Origin: Curvularia clavata
Lineage: Eukaryota
Reading direction: 5' to 3'
DNA: 64,000 nucleotides
NCBI GenBank assembly: GCA_023920165.1
Contig: CP089279.1
Span: 868,001-932,000 of the forward strand
The notes beneath the pieces were generated by a model. That model was given only the letters and a program-made list of their open reading frames with translations. It was not told the origin of the DNA and did no database searches. Positions 45,476 through 59,516 of the stretch are shown in pieces (positions within the stretch are counted from its first letter, which is position 1; every line of letters begins with the position of its first letter). Both the position numbers and the translations under genes were made by a program.

Positions 45476-47094
45476 ACTTGGAGATGATTTTTTTTCCTCG
45501 ACGGGTGAAAACAAGTGGCGAAAGCATGACTGGATGTGGAAAGAGAAGAGAGAGACAGGCGATGGTTGCAATCACTCGGATAATGTCTGCATTGAACACA
45601 TGATTGACGGCGTTTGGGCGTATCCAGGATTCAATGCGCTACGGGTGATTTAGCAGGCATTGGCACTTTAACGATGTATGAGTAGTAACGAGGAATTGGC
45701 ATACAAAGTCGGCCGCAGAGTCATGTGCCATTCTGTTAAGGAAACACCATCTATACTACCAAGTGGTGGGTCAGCAAAACGACACACAGCCCCGGCGCTT
45801 CCAAGAGTAGCATGCTACGACGACGAAGCTACCCCACTAGCAGATGACCTCATGAGGACAGTGTTCCCGGCCTCACGGGCAAATTAATATAACGACGCAC
45901 GGGTCATCGGCAGTTTGCTGCGACGTGGTTCGTCTGATGGCTATGGTAGCAATGACAGTAGATGAAGGTACATACTAGTAGTATGGACGATCTCAAAGTG
46001 TGGAGCCTTAACAAGACGGCCAGTTTGGCCATGCGAAACGGCGTTTTCGCAGCGGTGGTGCGCCCGCTGTCACACTGGCTCCCCACCTAGTGTTGCCTCG
46101 ACGAAACACCGTCGGAACGACAGTCTGACACCTGTTGAACCATGGCCTGAGCTCCTGGGATGGATGGGTGTTCCTGGAAGAGAGTTCGAGCAACCGGGCC
46201 AGGTATAGCCCTGGGAGGCCACGCGATGGACGTTGCACCGCTACCGCTTGCCTTTGCCCTGCCATGGCCTCTTCTTTAGTGACTTCTAATGCATACCCGC
46301 ACTTCTGATTTCTGATCGGTAGCGTGGTGATTTACTATATACGCCACGGCATGATTGGGCTGAGAAGGACATTAAGCGGCGGCCCCAGATTCGCTCTGCA
46401 GCACGGCAGGGATCGGTTACTCGACGCACGCTTCGAGCGGTCCGGGTTCTAGGAAATGTCTGTTACACCAGCCAGCGACGGCACTCCGTCCTAGCGCTTG
46501 CCTTGTATCGCCTCGACGCCTTTCGGGGCCGGCCCTGCGCAGGCTGCGCAGCGTACAACACCTTTCACGGCCGCAGTTGTGCCAGCCACATGGCCAGACG
46601 CGCAAGATCCCAGGGCCAAGCTCTCTTTGCAAAACACCATCTCCGGCTTGTCGGGCGCCCGTTCGCTCCACTTGGCTGTGCTGATCCTGTTAGAGACGGA
46701 ATGAAGGGGAGGGTGGGAAGACGCCAGATGGATGTCTGTCGCACCAAACCCATGCGGCAAGGTCGCCGCGGGTACAGCGACCCCATTCAGCACAAAACTT
46801 GTACAAGGCCGGCCCACGTGAGGATGACAGCCGGAAGACTAGACCGCAGCGCAAATGGAGGCGCCTCGGGGTTACTTGATTCGTTCGGTGCGAGTTAATA
46901 TGCAGCAAGCACGGAATTGCGGGGATGCAGTGCCTTTCCCAGGCGCTCAACGCAAGAGCGGACAAGGGTATCTGCACTCGACCCTGCGCCCTTTGGGGGA
47001 GAGCGTTTATATGCGAATGCTCACCCGTGAGCCACTGCGAGATGTGGGTTTGCGATTTCTTCAGGTTTCCTGCCCGTGGGCTTCGTCAATCAAT

Positions 47095-48810
47095 ATGCCT
47101 ACCTATCCTCTTCAGCTCACCTGCTTGGGTGTCATCATGGGCACTCCCCTCTTGGCCTCCGTCTTCGTTATTCTGAGAATATACACACGGCGGAAGCTGA
47201 ATCTGCGCCTGAGCTGGGGTAAGCCGCTTGGCTACTGACTCTTCTGCGACTGTGGACTGACGGGTTGGGCACAGATGACTGGCTTATCATACTACCAACA
47301 CTCATGTCAATCGCCCTTATAGGGCCTTCATACAAACGTGCGTACTGGAAAAGAGGTGCCATTTCTGCTTACTGACAAGATACAGATGTCAAGATGTGGC
47401 ATGTTGGTGTGCACATCTGGCAAGTGCCTCCAGATGAGATAGAGCCAAACTATGACGAATACTATGCCGTACGTACTGCCTCGATGCATAGCGACTACAA
47501 TACTGACAGTCTCTAGGTTGTCATGGCATTCAACCTCTTGAACATACCAATATTGCCTCTTGTCAAGACTTCAATCATTCTGCTCCTCCTTCGAGCTGGC
47601 TCAGTCATTCAGTGGCTCAGGCGAGCACTCTACGCCATCCTGGTCTTCACAGTTGGAAGCGCTTTGATCCCATGGTTCCTTTACATCTTCATCTGCCCGC
47701 CACTAACCGGAAACACTTGGAAGCCACGGACATTTGGAGGTCTGCACTGCATGGGCCGCCACAAGATGGGAGAGATGTTGATCTGGGTCACCTGCGCCAA
47801 CCTGCTCACCGACGTTTTGATCCTGCCTATTCCCTTCATCATCGTCCGAAGAATGATGAGCGCCCGTCTACGCTCCCGTCTTGTCGTGCTGGCGGTCTTT
47901 ACCTGCAGTCTTGCGTAAGTACTGTCGACATAGTTCCTAAGACGAAGCTAACATCTTCTCCAGCGTCACTGCCATCGGCGCTGCTAAAATCTATCTCTCA
48001 TACCGTGACCGTCTATACACGCTCTTCAAGCCCGACTGGACCTACCCAATCGACTACTGTATCAACCACATTGAAAATAATGTCGCCATCATCGTAGCCA
48101 ATATTCCCATTCTCCGCGGCCTCGTCACCCGCTGGATCTTCAACTTCCGCACAAAAGCCACGCCCATAGAGCGCGACTCCCGCAGCGACAACTGGCAACA
48201 GTGGGATCTATCCAGCTCTTCCGCTGGCGATAGCCGCTATGGACGCCGGTCCAAGCGGTCACGAACATCCCGCATGGTCCACAAGATTCTCCCTTGCATC
48301 CAAGACGATTTCTCCAGCAGTCTCGCCACACGATCTTCATCCGATGACAAGAAAGGCGGCGTCACCAGCAAAGTCACCGAATGCCGGAAACCCAGTCATC
48401 CGGGCAAAATCATCACCACTACCGATATTCCGCACCACCGCTACCCGAAGCGCTTGTACTTTTCCCGTTCCCGCCGCAACAGCTACCAAGCGTCTAGCTG
48501 CTGCGAGAAAGGCGAATCCAACGTCCTCGAAACCGTGCGCAGCGTGGGCAGCAGTCTGGAATCCGCGCCTACGCTCGTTGAAAGCAAGTACGGCCAGAGA
48601 AGCAGCATGGGCTGTAAGAGCATGGAGCTCGAGTCGCCGCCTGTGAGTCCAACGACAAGACGCTACTCTACGACGCCGCTGCTGCACAGCCCTATTACGC
48701 CGTTGTCGCCTGTACGGCTGAGGGGCATAATAGGGGATGAGGAGGATGAAGACGACGATGAGATTTATCCGCATCCACCGCCGTACTTTAGACGGCAGTC
48801 ACGAAGTTGA
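47095..48810 (+). CDS. PTH11-like (fungal rhodopsin-domain) integral membrane protein without CFEM; exons 47095-47218, 47275-47337, 47386-47468, 47517-47914, 47964-48810
   Basis: Family hallmarks VILRIYTR...LSW|DDWLII, VGVHIWQV, LVKTSIILLLLR, NLLTDVLILPIP and IENNVAIIVANIPILRGL, followed by a disordered C-terminal tail. Confidence 0.88.
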
Positions 48811-51800
48811 TGTTTTTCCCTTTGCTTTTCTTGTATTCATATTAGGAGTGAGCGGCGTTAACTATGATACCAAATCTGGGCTTTTGCTACAAAAGGACGG
48901 GGTGCCTTGTCACTGCGACAGGATTGTTTTCTTTCTTTTGTGTTGAGTAGGAAGAGGAGATATGCAGCGCATGTAACTACACACCCTCTCTCTCTCTCTA
49001 TCTACGGGCCAATATCTTCATATCTCCATTCTTTCACACCATGGCAGGTACTAGAATGCCTCGCTTCAGGACATGTAAGACTGTACTAGCTACACTACAT
49101 ACCAATCAATCTACAATCACATACATACATTGCCTCACTCCTCTCCTTCACACCCTCCCCGATCTGACACATCAGCACCCACTATCACATCTCCCGATGC
49201 CCCCATCCCAGGCACAGAAAGCCCCTTCGCCACATCCACGTCATCACTCTTTCCGCTCCATTCTCCCTCCTTCTACTACGGTACGTACATACGTCGATAC
49301 GTTCTCCCCCTGCTACGCTGAAACACGCGCCCCCCGGTACCCGAGCAACGGCGACCCAACGGAACGGCTTGTCTTCGGGCACCCACCCGCGCGGCCTCCC
49401 TTGTCCGGAACTTTCATATTGTCATCTACATACGCACCTAGTTGCACAGAGATCCACAATTGCAGCGGCTACGGCTGGTTCTGGGGAGGGGCTTGGTACT
49501 CGGAATAATTATCGTAGTGGATTTCTTTTTTTGTTGAGGAGCGCAAAGGCAGAATCGGGAATGTACGCCTAAGTGAGGCGGAAAGAGCACCGGTGGTCAG
49601 TGGGAAGGGGATGGGTGGTGTTGGTGATGGTGGATGGAGCAGGGAGAGGGGCGTGACGTGGGTTCTGGAATGCTGTGAGGGATGGAGTTGTAGATTGCTT
49701 GGGATAGATTTTCCTTGTTTGTAGAGGTCTGGGCAGGCCGCAAGAGCATGTGAAGTTCTAGAAGTGAGGCATCTTGATTGCAGAGTTGTAATACGGTGTA
49801 GTCTAGACTGTGTGCTGGTAGGGTTCGAACAGGGAGGAAAAGGGATGGGATTGCGAAGTCGCGGGTTGTGTGTCTATCATGGTGTATGGTTTGGGTAACA
49901 TCATCTCCGGTGTGCTGGGAGGTTTTTCGGTTTCCGAAGGAGGTGCCGGCGGTGCAAGGAAGGAGAAGAAAAAAAGTGGTGACTTTTCACATGTTTGAGT
50001 GTTTGAGGATATGGATAGGTGAGTGGTTTTGTGGACGGAGATTTGGTTCTGCCTGGGTTGTTCTGTTCTGCGAGATGAGAGGGCAGTTTGGGGTATAATA
50101 GTAGATGATAAAGTGGTAGGATCATGGCGAGGCTTTTGTGGGGTGCCAGAGCCAAGGAACACTGCTGATGTCAAGTTGTGCTTATAGTTTTGCAATGTAC
50201 GTGGCTACCCAGTGTGTTGGCTAAAGGATACACGGTGAATGGTGTTTTATGTCTGTCTTTTTTTCTCTTCCCCACTGCCTTGCAATTAGCCACATAGCAT
50301 TCGGAGATCGCCATAGAAATCAGTTTAGAGATTTGCAAGCTTGCAGCTTGAAAGTCTAGAATTGGGAGAACGGGGTATGGAGATTAGGATTCGGGACGTG
50401 GAAATTGGAGCACGGGGCTTGGGTGTGGATATCAAGTGGGTCGTTGAGAATACCGATACGTACTTGGGTCATTGCATATGTGGATATGTGAATATCGGAC
50501 GATCAAGCTGCTCTTGCTTCAGAAGTTCGTATTTTCGGTGGTACACTGGTGTGGACATCATCGTATATCATAGTGATGTAAGAGAACTGTCTCTCTAATG
50601 ATGCACAGGGTTTTGTGCAAGGGCAGGCCTGAAGATACGAAAGTGGAGATAGGCTATGTTCATTGCTACGGTGCCGAACATATTTTGATGTTTCTTCATG
50701 CTAGTAAGCATGGCAACTCAGCATACAGTTCTTCCTTATAGATTCAACAATTGCATTCTAGGAAAAACTTTTACCAAATCGGGCAGAATGGCTGTCAAAG
50801 TGTATTACACAAGAAATGCCCATTGCCTCCACGGGCCGACCAAGATTCGTATTCCTAGATTGGGGACCTGCGGATCTGGGAATAAGCGCCGCCGTTTCGC
50901 GGTTAGATGTCCGGTTTCAGAATCGGGTAGGATGTCAGGGAACGTCGTTCTTATGTCGTTCCGTTCCGGCAATTGAGCGTCTACAGTTCTCGGTGCATCT
51001 GCGTAACCGTTCGCGGCGTCTATTCGCTCTTTCTTGTTTCGTCAACGGCTTTAGAGTAAAGTCAAGTATTAAGTCTTTGTCAGGTTATTACGCAGGTCTA
51101 TCCAGCCCAGTTGGTCACATCATCGTCGTCGCGTTCGCCGTCGTATCCGTCATCGTCATGATGACTTCGTAAGGAGGAAGCAGCCGTCCCCCTGTGACAA
51201 GTATCACAAATGCAACAGGTGGTTTCGTTGAATCACACTCAAGCAGATACGTACACTATCACAACTTGCGTATACCTTACCGAAAGTGAATCACACAAAT
51301 CCCCAAGGCGATTTGATAATGCGCCCAACAAACGAGGCGTTCATCTTGTAGCTTTCCGGGACTAAGCGAACAACCGTAGGCGGTGCATACCAACGTGCAA
51401 TTTCCTCCGCCCCCTTCCCCAGCCATTCGCTAGTTCCTCGACGCCCATCTCGCATACAAGCACAACGCTCGCCTGCATGATCGTAGGTACGGAACAACGC
51501 GCTCCCGTACGATGTGGCAGAAAAAGCCACACTCTCTTTGCCCTCCTTCTGCCCGTTGCTCCGTAGGGTCTGATTCGCTATGCTAACAAGCTATCGTGTT
51601 CACATGTGTGGATTTGTGTGCGTGTGCCCCTCTTTCTCTCCACAGTGTTTCTCCGGTGCCACGCTGGGTCAGTGCCAATATATTCGAGGCTGCATTAGCG
51701 TTGCCCCGCGGCTCATATGGATAATTTCCCATTCCGCCCAGTCAACGCGCGCCATCACCTCCGGCAAACAGAAGAGAGGGTTCCTCTCACGAGATGTGAA

Positions 51801-52722
51801 GATCCTACTCGGCTGAGGGCGCAATCGGCTTAGGCTCTGGACTAGCTGAGTGAATCTGCCTAAATGGCGTCTATCTGGTGGTGTGTAGTGGTATAGGAAC
51901 CATTATGCTATTCACTTGGCCTTCGCTTGGATGTTTTCTGAACTTTAATGGTTTTCGCCTTCTCTGAGAGGACCTAAGGAGAGTTTGGAGAAATGGTTGC
52001 GCTTGAATATGGTGGCATGCGGAGTCGCAGTCATACGGTTTACATTGTGCTGATCCGACATATTGGCTGACGGCCAGCTGGCTCAGGGTGTATTGCCATG
52101 CCTTAGCTATCGTCTCCGCTTGACCAACCAACTGGCTCCCCAGAAACCATCCTACCGTTTACGAAAGCCACTGGGCCCCACCCGTTCTCCCCCGACGCAT
52201 TCCCAGGGTCTGCGTATATGGCATAACATCATGCTCAAGAGCAACTGAACGTGGTTTGAGCGGTAAAACGGTCATCATTCTCAACGAGGGTAGCGCTCAA
52301 AACTGAATATTGCCATCGATCAAAGACTAGACGAGGAAGAAATGACCAAACACCAATATGCAAATCCAATCGTAATAGCGTACAAGTCGTCTTCTCCCCT
52401 CCCCCTTTCCTTTGGCGACCAGATGATAAACACAAAAAACTGGGGAAAGACTTATGCATCAGCACATCACCGGCGACTCCGGACCCAAAATGATTGCGGA
52501 GCCGTTGCCCATTGCACTGGTCTGGATGCGATGGGCAGTCATGTTGATGCGGGTGCTTTTATTGGTAGGGTATCCATGCATGAAATGGGCTTGCCTTGCT
52601 TCGTCATCTGACAATGCTATCAGTCTCGGCTTCGAGAGCGAAAAAAAAGGCAAGCGAAATGAAGAACGTGACGGATCGTAGACGGGCCGCAGGGACGTGA
52701 CGCGCAGGGCATCTCACCCATG

Positions 52723-53646
52723 CTATACCGATATTAGGCTTAGCATCAGGGCGGCAACAAGAGCCATAGTACTGTGCAAACGAGGCGTGAGGCTTTGTGC
52801 TTCTGAAGACTCGCCGGCAAGAAGCTTCTTGTCGTCGTTGCGAACACAGTTGCTCTTGGCCGTAATCTCGGCTGGGCAGACAACCCGTTTGAACTTGGCG
52901 CTGTGACATGTTAGTCTACATGCTCTATGTAGCTCGGAACAAAATGAATACCTTGGGAATGATGCATCCTGGAGCCAATCAAATCGCCACCGGCATCCAG
53001 CTTTCAGGCTCTCGGGTAGATTTTCACAGTCACTGCTGGAACTGACGCCTTGCTCATTTTGCCCAAACACGGATTGGTCTACGCCATACTGCTTGGCGCA
53101 TCCATCCGCGGATGTTGTATTGCCACCAGGTACCTGGAAGGTGTCAGCTTTGTAATTACGTGCATGGCTCTAAAGGAGACTTACTGCGAGCGTAAACCGG
53201 TTTGTAGTGGTGATGTCGTAGGCAGTGTTTGAGGCTTGAATGATCATGCTCTTCCCGATCAGTGGGTCGCTCGTAAAATCCAGTTGGTAGCATGCGCAAC
53301 ACCACGCGTCTTCGATGCCTCCGTGGGTGAGGTTCGGTAACAGGTAGACACCAGCAAAGCCATAAGACATAGTGTCGTTAATAGCCCATGGCTGTTGGTC
53401 GGCACATTGAAAGGCGCCACCACCGTTACATCCAGTACCAGCAGCATCATCTATGGGCTGGTTGTCGGCTGAACATGATTGTACCGGATTACTGAAGTCG
53501 GCCTTTCCCTTCCACCCGCATGATGGTTTACAGCAGTCCCAGTACCGTGTTGTAAGGGCTTCGCCGGAGTAGTTGAGATCCATGCCATACGAAAGAGTCG
53601 CAAGCAGCTGGAGGAGTAAAAGGGCATTTCGAATGTGTCGCGACAT
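52723..53646 (-). CDS. GH45 endoglucanase-like protein with a signal peptide and GPI-like C-terminus; exons 53646-53185, 53133-52952, 52900-52723
   Basis: Motifs TTRYWDCCKPSCGW, QPWAINDTMSYGFA, WCCACYQLDFTS, GKSMIIQASN and LPESLKAGCRWRFDW; hydrophobic tail MALVAALMLSLISV*. Confidence 0.9.
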
Positions 53647-55547
53647 ATTGGTGTGTAGGGGTTGTAAGTGAAGGAAATGTGAAGTCGAGGTCAACAACCG
53701 AGCAGCATGGTCCTTTAGCTAGATGGCCCGCGTGCAGAGGCCAGGAATCTGTATTTGAAGGATACCGACAAAGAGGGGTCCCTCTTACTAGTCTGGCCGT
53801 AAGGAGAAATTAAGCTGCTTTCGATACCCCAGGCCGAGAACATGAACCATCCTGCTGTGCACCTTGCAGGGATCGGCGGAGCTTGGATACTGAAACTGTA
53901 CCCGGGGCACTGGCATCTGAGAGGCCAAAAAGCCGCTGTCACTCAACCACGTTTTGCGTTTAACCTATCCGGTGCCTTTTGACATGCGTCGCCCACCTTC
54001 TTAATCTTCCCCCTGGTTCGCTGCCTCGTGGTATATTTTCCCCACAGTTCCCAAGGGCTGTAACGTTGTATATCGCCTCCCCGCAATTCGGCAATCGCGG
54101 AATGCAATCGCAGAATCCATTCGCGTGAACTTTTGTTGATGAATTGCCGTGTGCGACGAGGAAAACTGACAAAGCCAAGGAAGATTTGTGCAAAGCCGTG
54201 GTTTCCAACTCCTTGTATCCACGTTTCCCCTTGCCGAATCAAAGCGTAAGGTTTACCAGACGTCTCACGTTCCGTCTTCGCTCTAGGGCCTACTGTCGGC
54301 TGTACTCCCCCCACCTGTCCAAACGAATTTCTCCGCTCGCCGGCAACCGTTCACACCACCGTGCGAGAACGCGAATTATGAAGACGAGCAGGATTCGTAA
54401 GCACGAGACAAGTGGCGCATGATGGAGGGAAAATGGCCGTGGACCCCATGCACACGAGCTCAGAGATCCAGACTTCGAACGCATCCGGCAGCGTCGCGCC
54501 ACTCCTTGATTGAAAGAGGGAAGCAAATATGTCCGATTGGCCAGGCTCCCAATATTTGCATCCAGACCGAGAGACACCCGTCAGGGAAAACGTCAAGGTT
54601 TTGCGGGATCATCCGTAGGGCTCTGGGTTAGCATTGGCCTGGTTAAATGGACAATGTCAGCTTCATAATGGAGCCTGGGTTATAGCAGCTTTCCTACGTG
54701 TTCATCGCTAGTACCGTTACGAGGATGTGGCAAAATCGCGAAGGCGAAGGAGTGCAAAGCTGGACGGGCGTGATAGGATGTGATCTCCAGAAAGAAGAGA
54801 TTCCCTGAAGGAAGGCCCCTGTGTCAAGCTTCTACTGTGTGTCTCGTAATCTACTCGGTCCTTGGCTCCCTCGTCATCAAGCTTGGATACGGCAAACTGT
54901 GCCGAGGTTGTGCTGGTCTCGCAAGTAAGTTCTAGCAGCCGCCATCAAACCAGAGGCGTAATATGTGCTGAAAAGGCTCAAAGTTTCGGGTAGGTCCAGA
55001 GACAGCCGCGGTTCAGAGATGAGGGGTCAGGTTGAGGCGTGCGCGAACTTAGTAGGTAGGTAGGTAGCTATGCGGTCACTAAAGACCCTGAGCTGCTAGC
55101 AGGAGTTGACATGCTGATCCACGCAGTCTTCCTACCACTAGGATCTGCATATGAAAATCTGATCTACTTATGCCCAGGGTTTGTTTCTAGCTTCACCGGT
55201 GCGGTGATCTCGAATCGGTTGCTGAAGGAAAATATCTTTTTCTGCTTCCGTACACTGACGTAAAACTTGTACCTGACTTTGTATGGTTCAATGTGAAGAA
55301 AAATTAATTATCTTGAATCTGGTTGGTTAGATACAATCAATAGGGTAAAACATGAGATAGACATTAATGTGCCATGCTAATCCGCTGGTGCAATCGATAT
55401 TCTGCTCCTACAAACAATTGAGTACGCCTTTTTGCTAGTCTGCATCTTTACAACACCAACTCTCTATATCTCCTTGAGTATTATTGCCAAACCGATGAGA
55501 TGCCTACTTCTTCCACCAACATGGTTTCTTCCCTTTGAATCTCAGGT

Positions 55548-56057
55548 TCAAGCTGGCTTTCTTCCTGCCGCGTACGTTCCAATCATGTACGGGACTCCAA
55601 CCGCCATTCCAACCCCTGTTCCACCCAGTACCGCTCCGCTAACAGGCATACTGATTCTTCCTCTCCGCACAGCCATCAAAGCAGCAATTGCACCAGCACC
55701 TGCAGAACCAGCTGAGATCCAATCCGTTTGTACTTCCCCGTCGTTTTCTAAGATTCTCCAGGACCTATCCTTCCATTCAATCTCCTCGCGTCCTCTCATG
55801 CGTCCCCATGTCATAATCGCACCGGCAGCTGTTCCAAGCAGAAGTCCACGACTAGCAGTCTTCAGCGTACGTGCGAGTATGACGTTGTAGTCGATTGGCC
55901 TTTTGTTGTAGCGCGCTGCAATGAGCGAGGCCGGAAATTGGGCCAGCGAGAAAAAGGAAAACGACATAGCCGAGGCACGCATGACATGAAGATACAGGAT
56001 AATGCGCGCGTAGGGTTGGTCCTCTGCATGAGCGGGATGTGGAACGACAGGTCTCAT
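55548..56057 (-). CDS. Uncharacterised fungal membrane protein (169 aa)
   Basis: Intronless ORF with PHPAHAEDQPYA, TWGRMRGREEIEWKDRSWRILEN and Gly-rich hydrophobic helices. It resembles an unnamed fungal family; function unknown. Confidence 0.7.
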   Translation of the reverse strand: MRPVVPHPAHAEDQPYARIILYLHVMRASAMSFSFFSLAQFPASLIAARYNKRPIDYNVILARTLKTASRGLLLGTAAGAIMTWGRMRGREEIEWKDRSWRILENDGEVQTDWISAGSAGAGAIAALMAVRRGRISMPVSGAVLGGTGVGMAVGVPYMIGTYAAGRKPA

Positions 56058-57135
56058 TTCGGTTACGAAGTTTGCAACGAACTGGTGTCACTATGGATGC
56101 AGCTTCTGGTCTCTAGCTTTGAGGGCGCTGTTGATAGGTAGGAAGTCGGGCCAGAGTTTTGGGTAATGGGTTATTCTCGTAAGAATTTGGTGGTTCGAGT
56201 GCCGATAGAAAGTTGATGTTTTATGAGCAAGCCTGAGGTTGGCCTCGTATTATCACAGCAGGAGACAAGCTCGGCATTGTCGACATAAGAATACTGGAAG
56301 CAGGCTGCTTCGGCCGCAAGTTTGATCCGCTTTACAGCATCAAAGAGATAGTTCTCCCGACGGTGTCCGAGTTCTCAGCCCATACATGGTATTGACCAAT
56401 GGCGTGACAGGGATTATGAGATACTCCCGTGCAGTTCTTCAGGCGCCCACGGCTAGACGCTATTAGAACCCCGACGCCTCACCGGGCTTGAATCCATCTG
56501 CAAAGTGCGGCATATTTGTTGCCTTTTCATTCGCGATAGGATTCCTTCGTGCTGCGTTGAAAAAAATCAATGATTACTCATACCTACTATAATACGGGCG
56601 TGTGGAAAAGCGGGGTAGAAGGGATATGAAAGACAGTCGATTTCGCTTCAACGACATGATCGATGCTAGGATTAACATCCATGAGGCTTGCGGTATCTCG
56701 ATCCTTGGGGAAGGACCCTGTACATCTGTTCAAACGTCATATTGGAAGGCTACACTGCCCTCGTCAGTCAGCTGCACCTACACTTCAACCAAACAATAAC
56801 TAGGAGTACATGTCTGCCAAGCAACAAACTTCTGGAATCCACCAGGATGGCAGTGTAACATGCACCTGTGGCAAATAAAAACAAGGTCTTAATGAAAGTC
56901 GCAAGGGTAAGACTTGGGCGCAAGATTTCCTGGAGACACTGCGTGGCTATAGTTGCAAAGCCCTATGACGTCACCTGGCTAGTGCGACATAAAGGGACCA
57001 GATCCAGTAATAGACGAAACGTACTCCGATTACAGCTACACCTGCAACATTCCAACTCTATCATCACTAGAAAGTATTCGAGTGCAGACTCGGGAAACAT
57101 AGACCACCAAAAACAATTCGAATCTAATAAAGAAG

Positions 57136-57459
57136 ATGCCTATCGGCCAACAGGACAGCGGCGTAACTTCTGGTGTGAAGTTCGTAACTTCGACTGTGGG
57201 AAACACAGTTGGAGGTGTTACAAACACTCTAGGTGGTGTTGTTGGCGCTCTCGGAAGGGGCGTTGGTGAGACGGTGAGTTGTCTTCTCCGAACTGTGTAT
57301 GAAGTATGCACTGACTTCAGACCCTTACTGCAGCTCGAGGGCGCTACCGGCAGCGCTGGTCGACCAGTCGCTAGGGGCATTGCCGATGTCACCACGAGCA
57401 TTGAAAAAGGTGCCAACGATGTGGCTGGAGGCGTGAAGCGAGCTGGAGAAGGAAAATAG
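57136..57459 (+). CDS. 87-aa Gly/Val/Thr/Ala-rich protein built of 11-mer repeats; exons 57136-57273, 57334-57459
   Basis: Contains a 60-nt in-frame intron GTGAGT(57274)...ACTGAC...CAG(57333); the spliced product shows 11-residue periodicity. Confidence 0.75.
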   Translation: MPIGQQDSGVTSGVKFVTSTVGNTVGGVTNTLGGVVGALGRGVGETVSCLLRTVYEVCTDFRPLLQLEGATGSAGRPVARGIADVTTSIEKGANDVAGGVKRAGEGK

Positions 57460-59516
57460 GTGGTGGGCTGATGATGACTTGGAGAGAATGCTTGAAGATG
57501 CGCCAACAAAGTAGACTATGATATCAAGTCGGGTTTTCTGGTAGGGGTAAATGGAGACTATTAATCACTAGTTCGAACGTTTAAACGGTTTCCACTGCTA
57601 CAGCAAGGGCCTTCCGCTTTACTCTAGCTTCGCAGTATTGGTGAGACGCTGGCGTGCTGTGCTAACGTACTAATGCCGACCGGTACCGTGAACACGCGAT
57701 ATTGTCGATGCAAAAGTCTGCTCGTGACCTCCCCCCACTCCCCATTCTACGCTTGTACAAGTACAAAGCAGGAATGCGGTCTAAACATCGACTACAAGGT
57801 GACAATGACCTTTCATGTCTCAGACCAAGAGACGATCGTAAATTAGTCTGCATGACCTCGAGAAGAAGGACCTACCTTTAGGCACCGGACAACACTTCTT
57901 GAATGTACCAGCCAATGGGTCACGAGAAGCTAGCAGGACAAACGGCCCTGCAGCGACTACCAGTACATAAGTCACTCGCTGGCGCGCCGCTATCGGGCTG
58001 CTCAGCGCAGGGTCTGTCGGAGCATCGTAGCCGAGACCAAACCCCGTTACCAAGGGAATACCGTTAGTATAATATCCAACTCTCCTTTGTGGTCGTGCCT
58101 GAGATAGATGTGTGTCGATGAGAGAGGAAGATAGAAGATCAGATGCTGGTTCGCTGTGTCACCCCTTCAGAATTTCGCAAGCGACACTGGTCGCTTGAGA
58201 GATTTCAATGGGCACAGTTATTTATGACTATTTTCTCTAGCGACTTCTAGAATCTCTGCCGCGTGTGCTGTGTGACAAAGTGTGGACTTAGACCAAGAGA
58301 GGGAAACTATATGACGTCAACTTTACCATCTGGCACACGCGTCCAACACCAACCATGTGAGTAATTGTAATGCTTGCGTAGGCCTATACCAACCCCGTCA
58401 CATGTAGTATGTTCTCAACACAATAGATTCCCTGCAACATGCTCGTACGAATCCGACTATTCTCGCCGGCTCTCTTGGCTGTCTTAAGCGTTACCAAGCA
58501 ACGGTAGGGACGGCAAGTGAGCACCTGACGATAACTTTAGCACATCCGAGGCCTCATTTACCGCACAAGCGTTGCACTAGGCTACGTAAGCATCATGCCG
58601 AGTTGAGAGCAGATCATTGACATATCGCGCGTACTAGATGCCTAAAGACTCAATCTCATTAGGCTGGTGCTTGTGAATCTTTTCCTAATAGTCAAATCGA
58701 GCGAGCTACCTTCCCGTTCTGCACTGTCCTGCGGGTTGACTAGCATGGCAATGGGAAGACCAATAGTAATGCGAAGACAACAGCTCCATGACACACGTGA
58801 TTGGGGAGATGTGCGATCGCATGCATATTGCCTCAGTCAATTTGCGGGGGTCAGCTCATCCCTTCGAGGCTCCAAATCAATATCTGTTCCAAGCCCTACT
58901 TGGCACTCGGAAAACTCAACATTTTGTAGCTCCGTTTAGCGACAGCCACGGAGGACACAAAAGATAGTTGAAGTTGATTGGAGTAGTAGGAGCCGTTCAA
59001 TACCAGCCACTGTTTCTATGGAAATGTTTCTGTGTGGCAGGTAGATGTGTAGATTGGAGGCAATACATCTATGTTTACCATCAAAGTGGGGCGGGCTTTG
59101 CTCATCCGTACCACCAGCGCAACGGACGGCAAGCTAACTGAGAAGCCGGCTGAATCGACGTTCTCTCCAGCCATCTTTCCCGCACCACCAGTGTTGGCAC
59201 TAGCGAATGCGCGGAGTTGAGCAGTAGCCTCTACTTTAGTGCGGAGGCTTCTGACCTCCACTACGACATGGCCAATGGTGTGATTGAATTGACTGGCAGC
59301 TATATAGCTACCCTGTCTCTCTTCTGCTTTCGTTATTCAGACTGTCTCATACCTTCGTTGTTTGAGTTACCTGCCTCATCAATATCTTTGCTCATTCATA
59401 CTTCAATCAACTGATACCTCGTTCATCAGTTTACTCTACTTTCTTGCCTCACTGTCGCTGCTAAGAGCAATCTACAAATTAATACAACAAACTCAAGACC
59501 GAAATAGTCTTTGGAA

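Noticed and set aside
49000..52600. Strand-skewed, ORF-poor 3.6-kb stretch with 130-155-aa ORFs
   Set aside because: The translations are low-complexity with no coherent exon chain, and I saw no terminal repeats or transposase/RT motifs.
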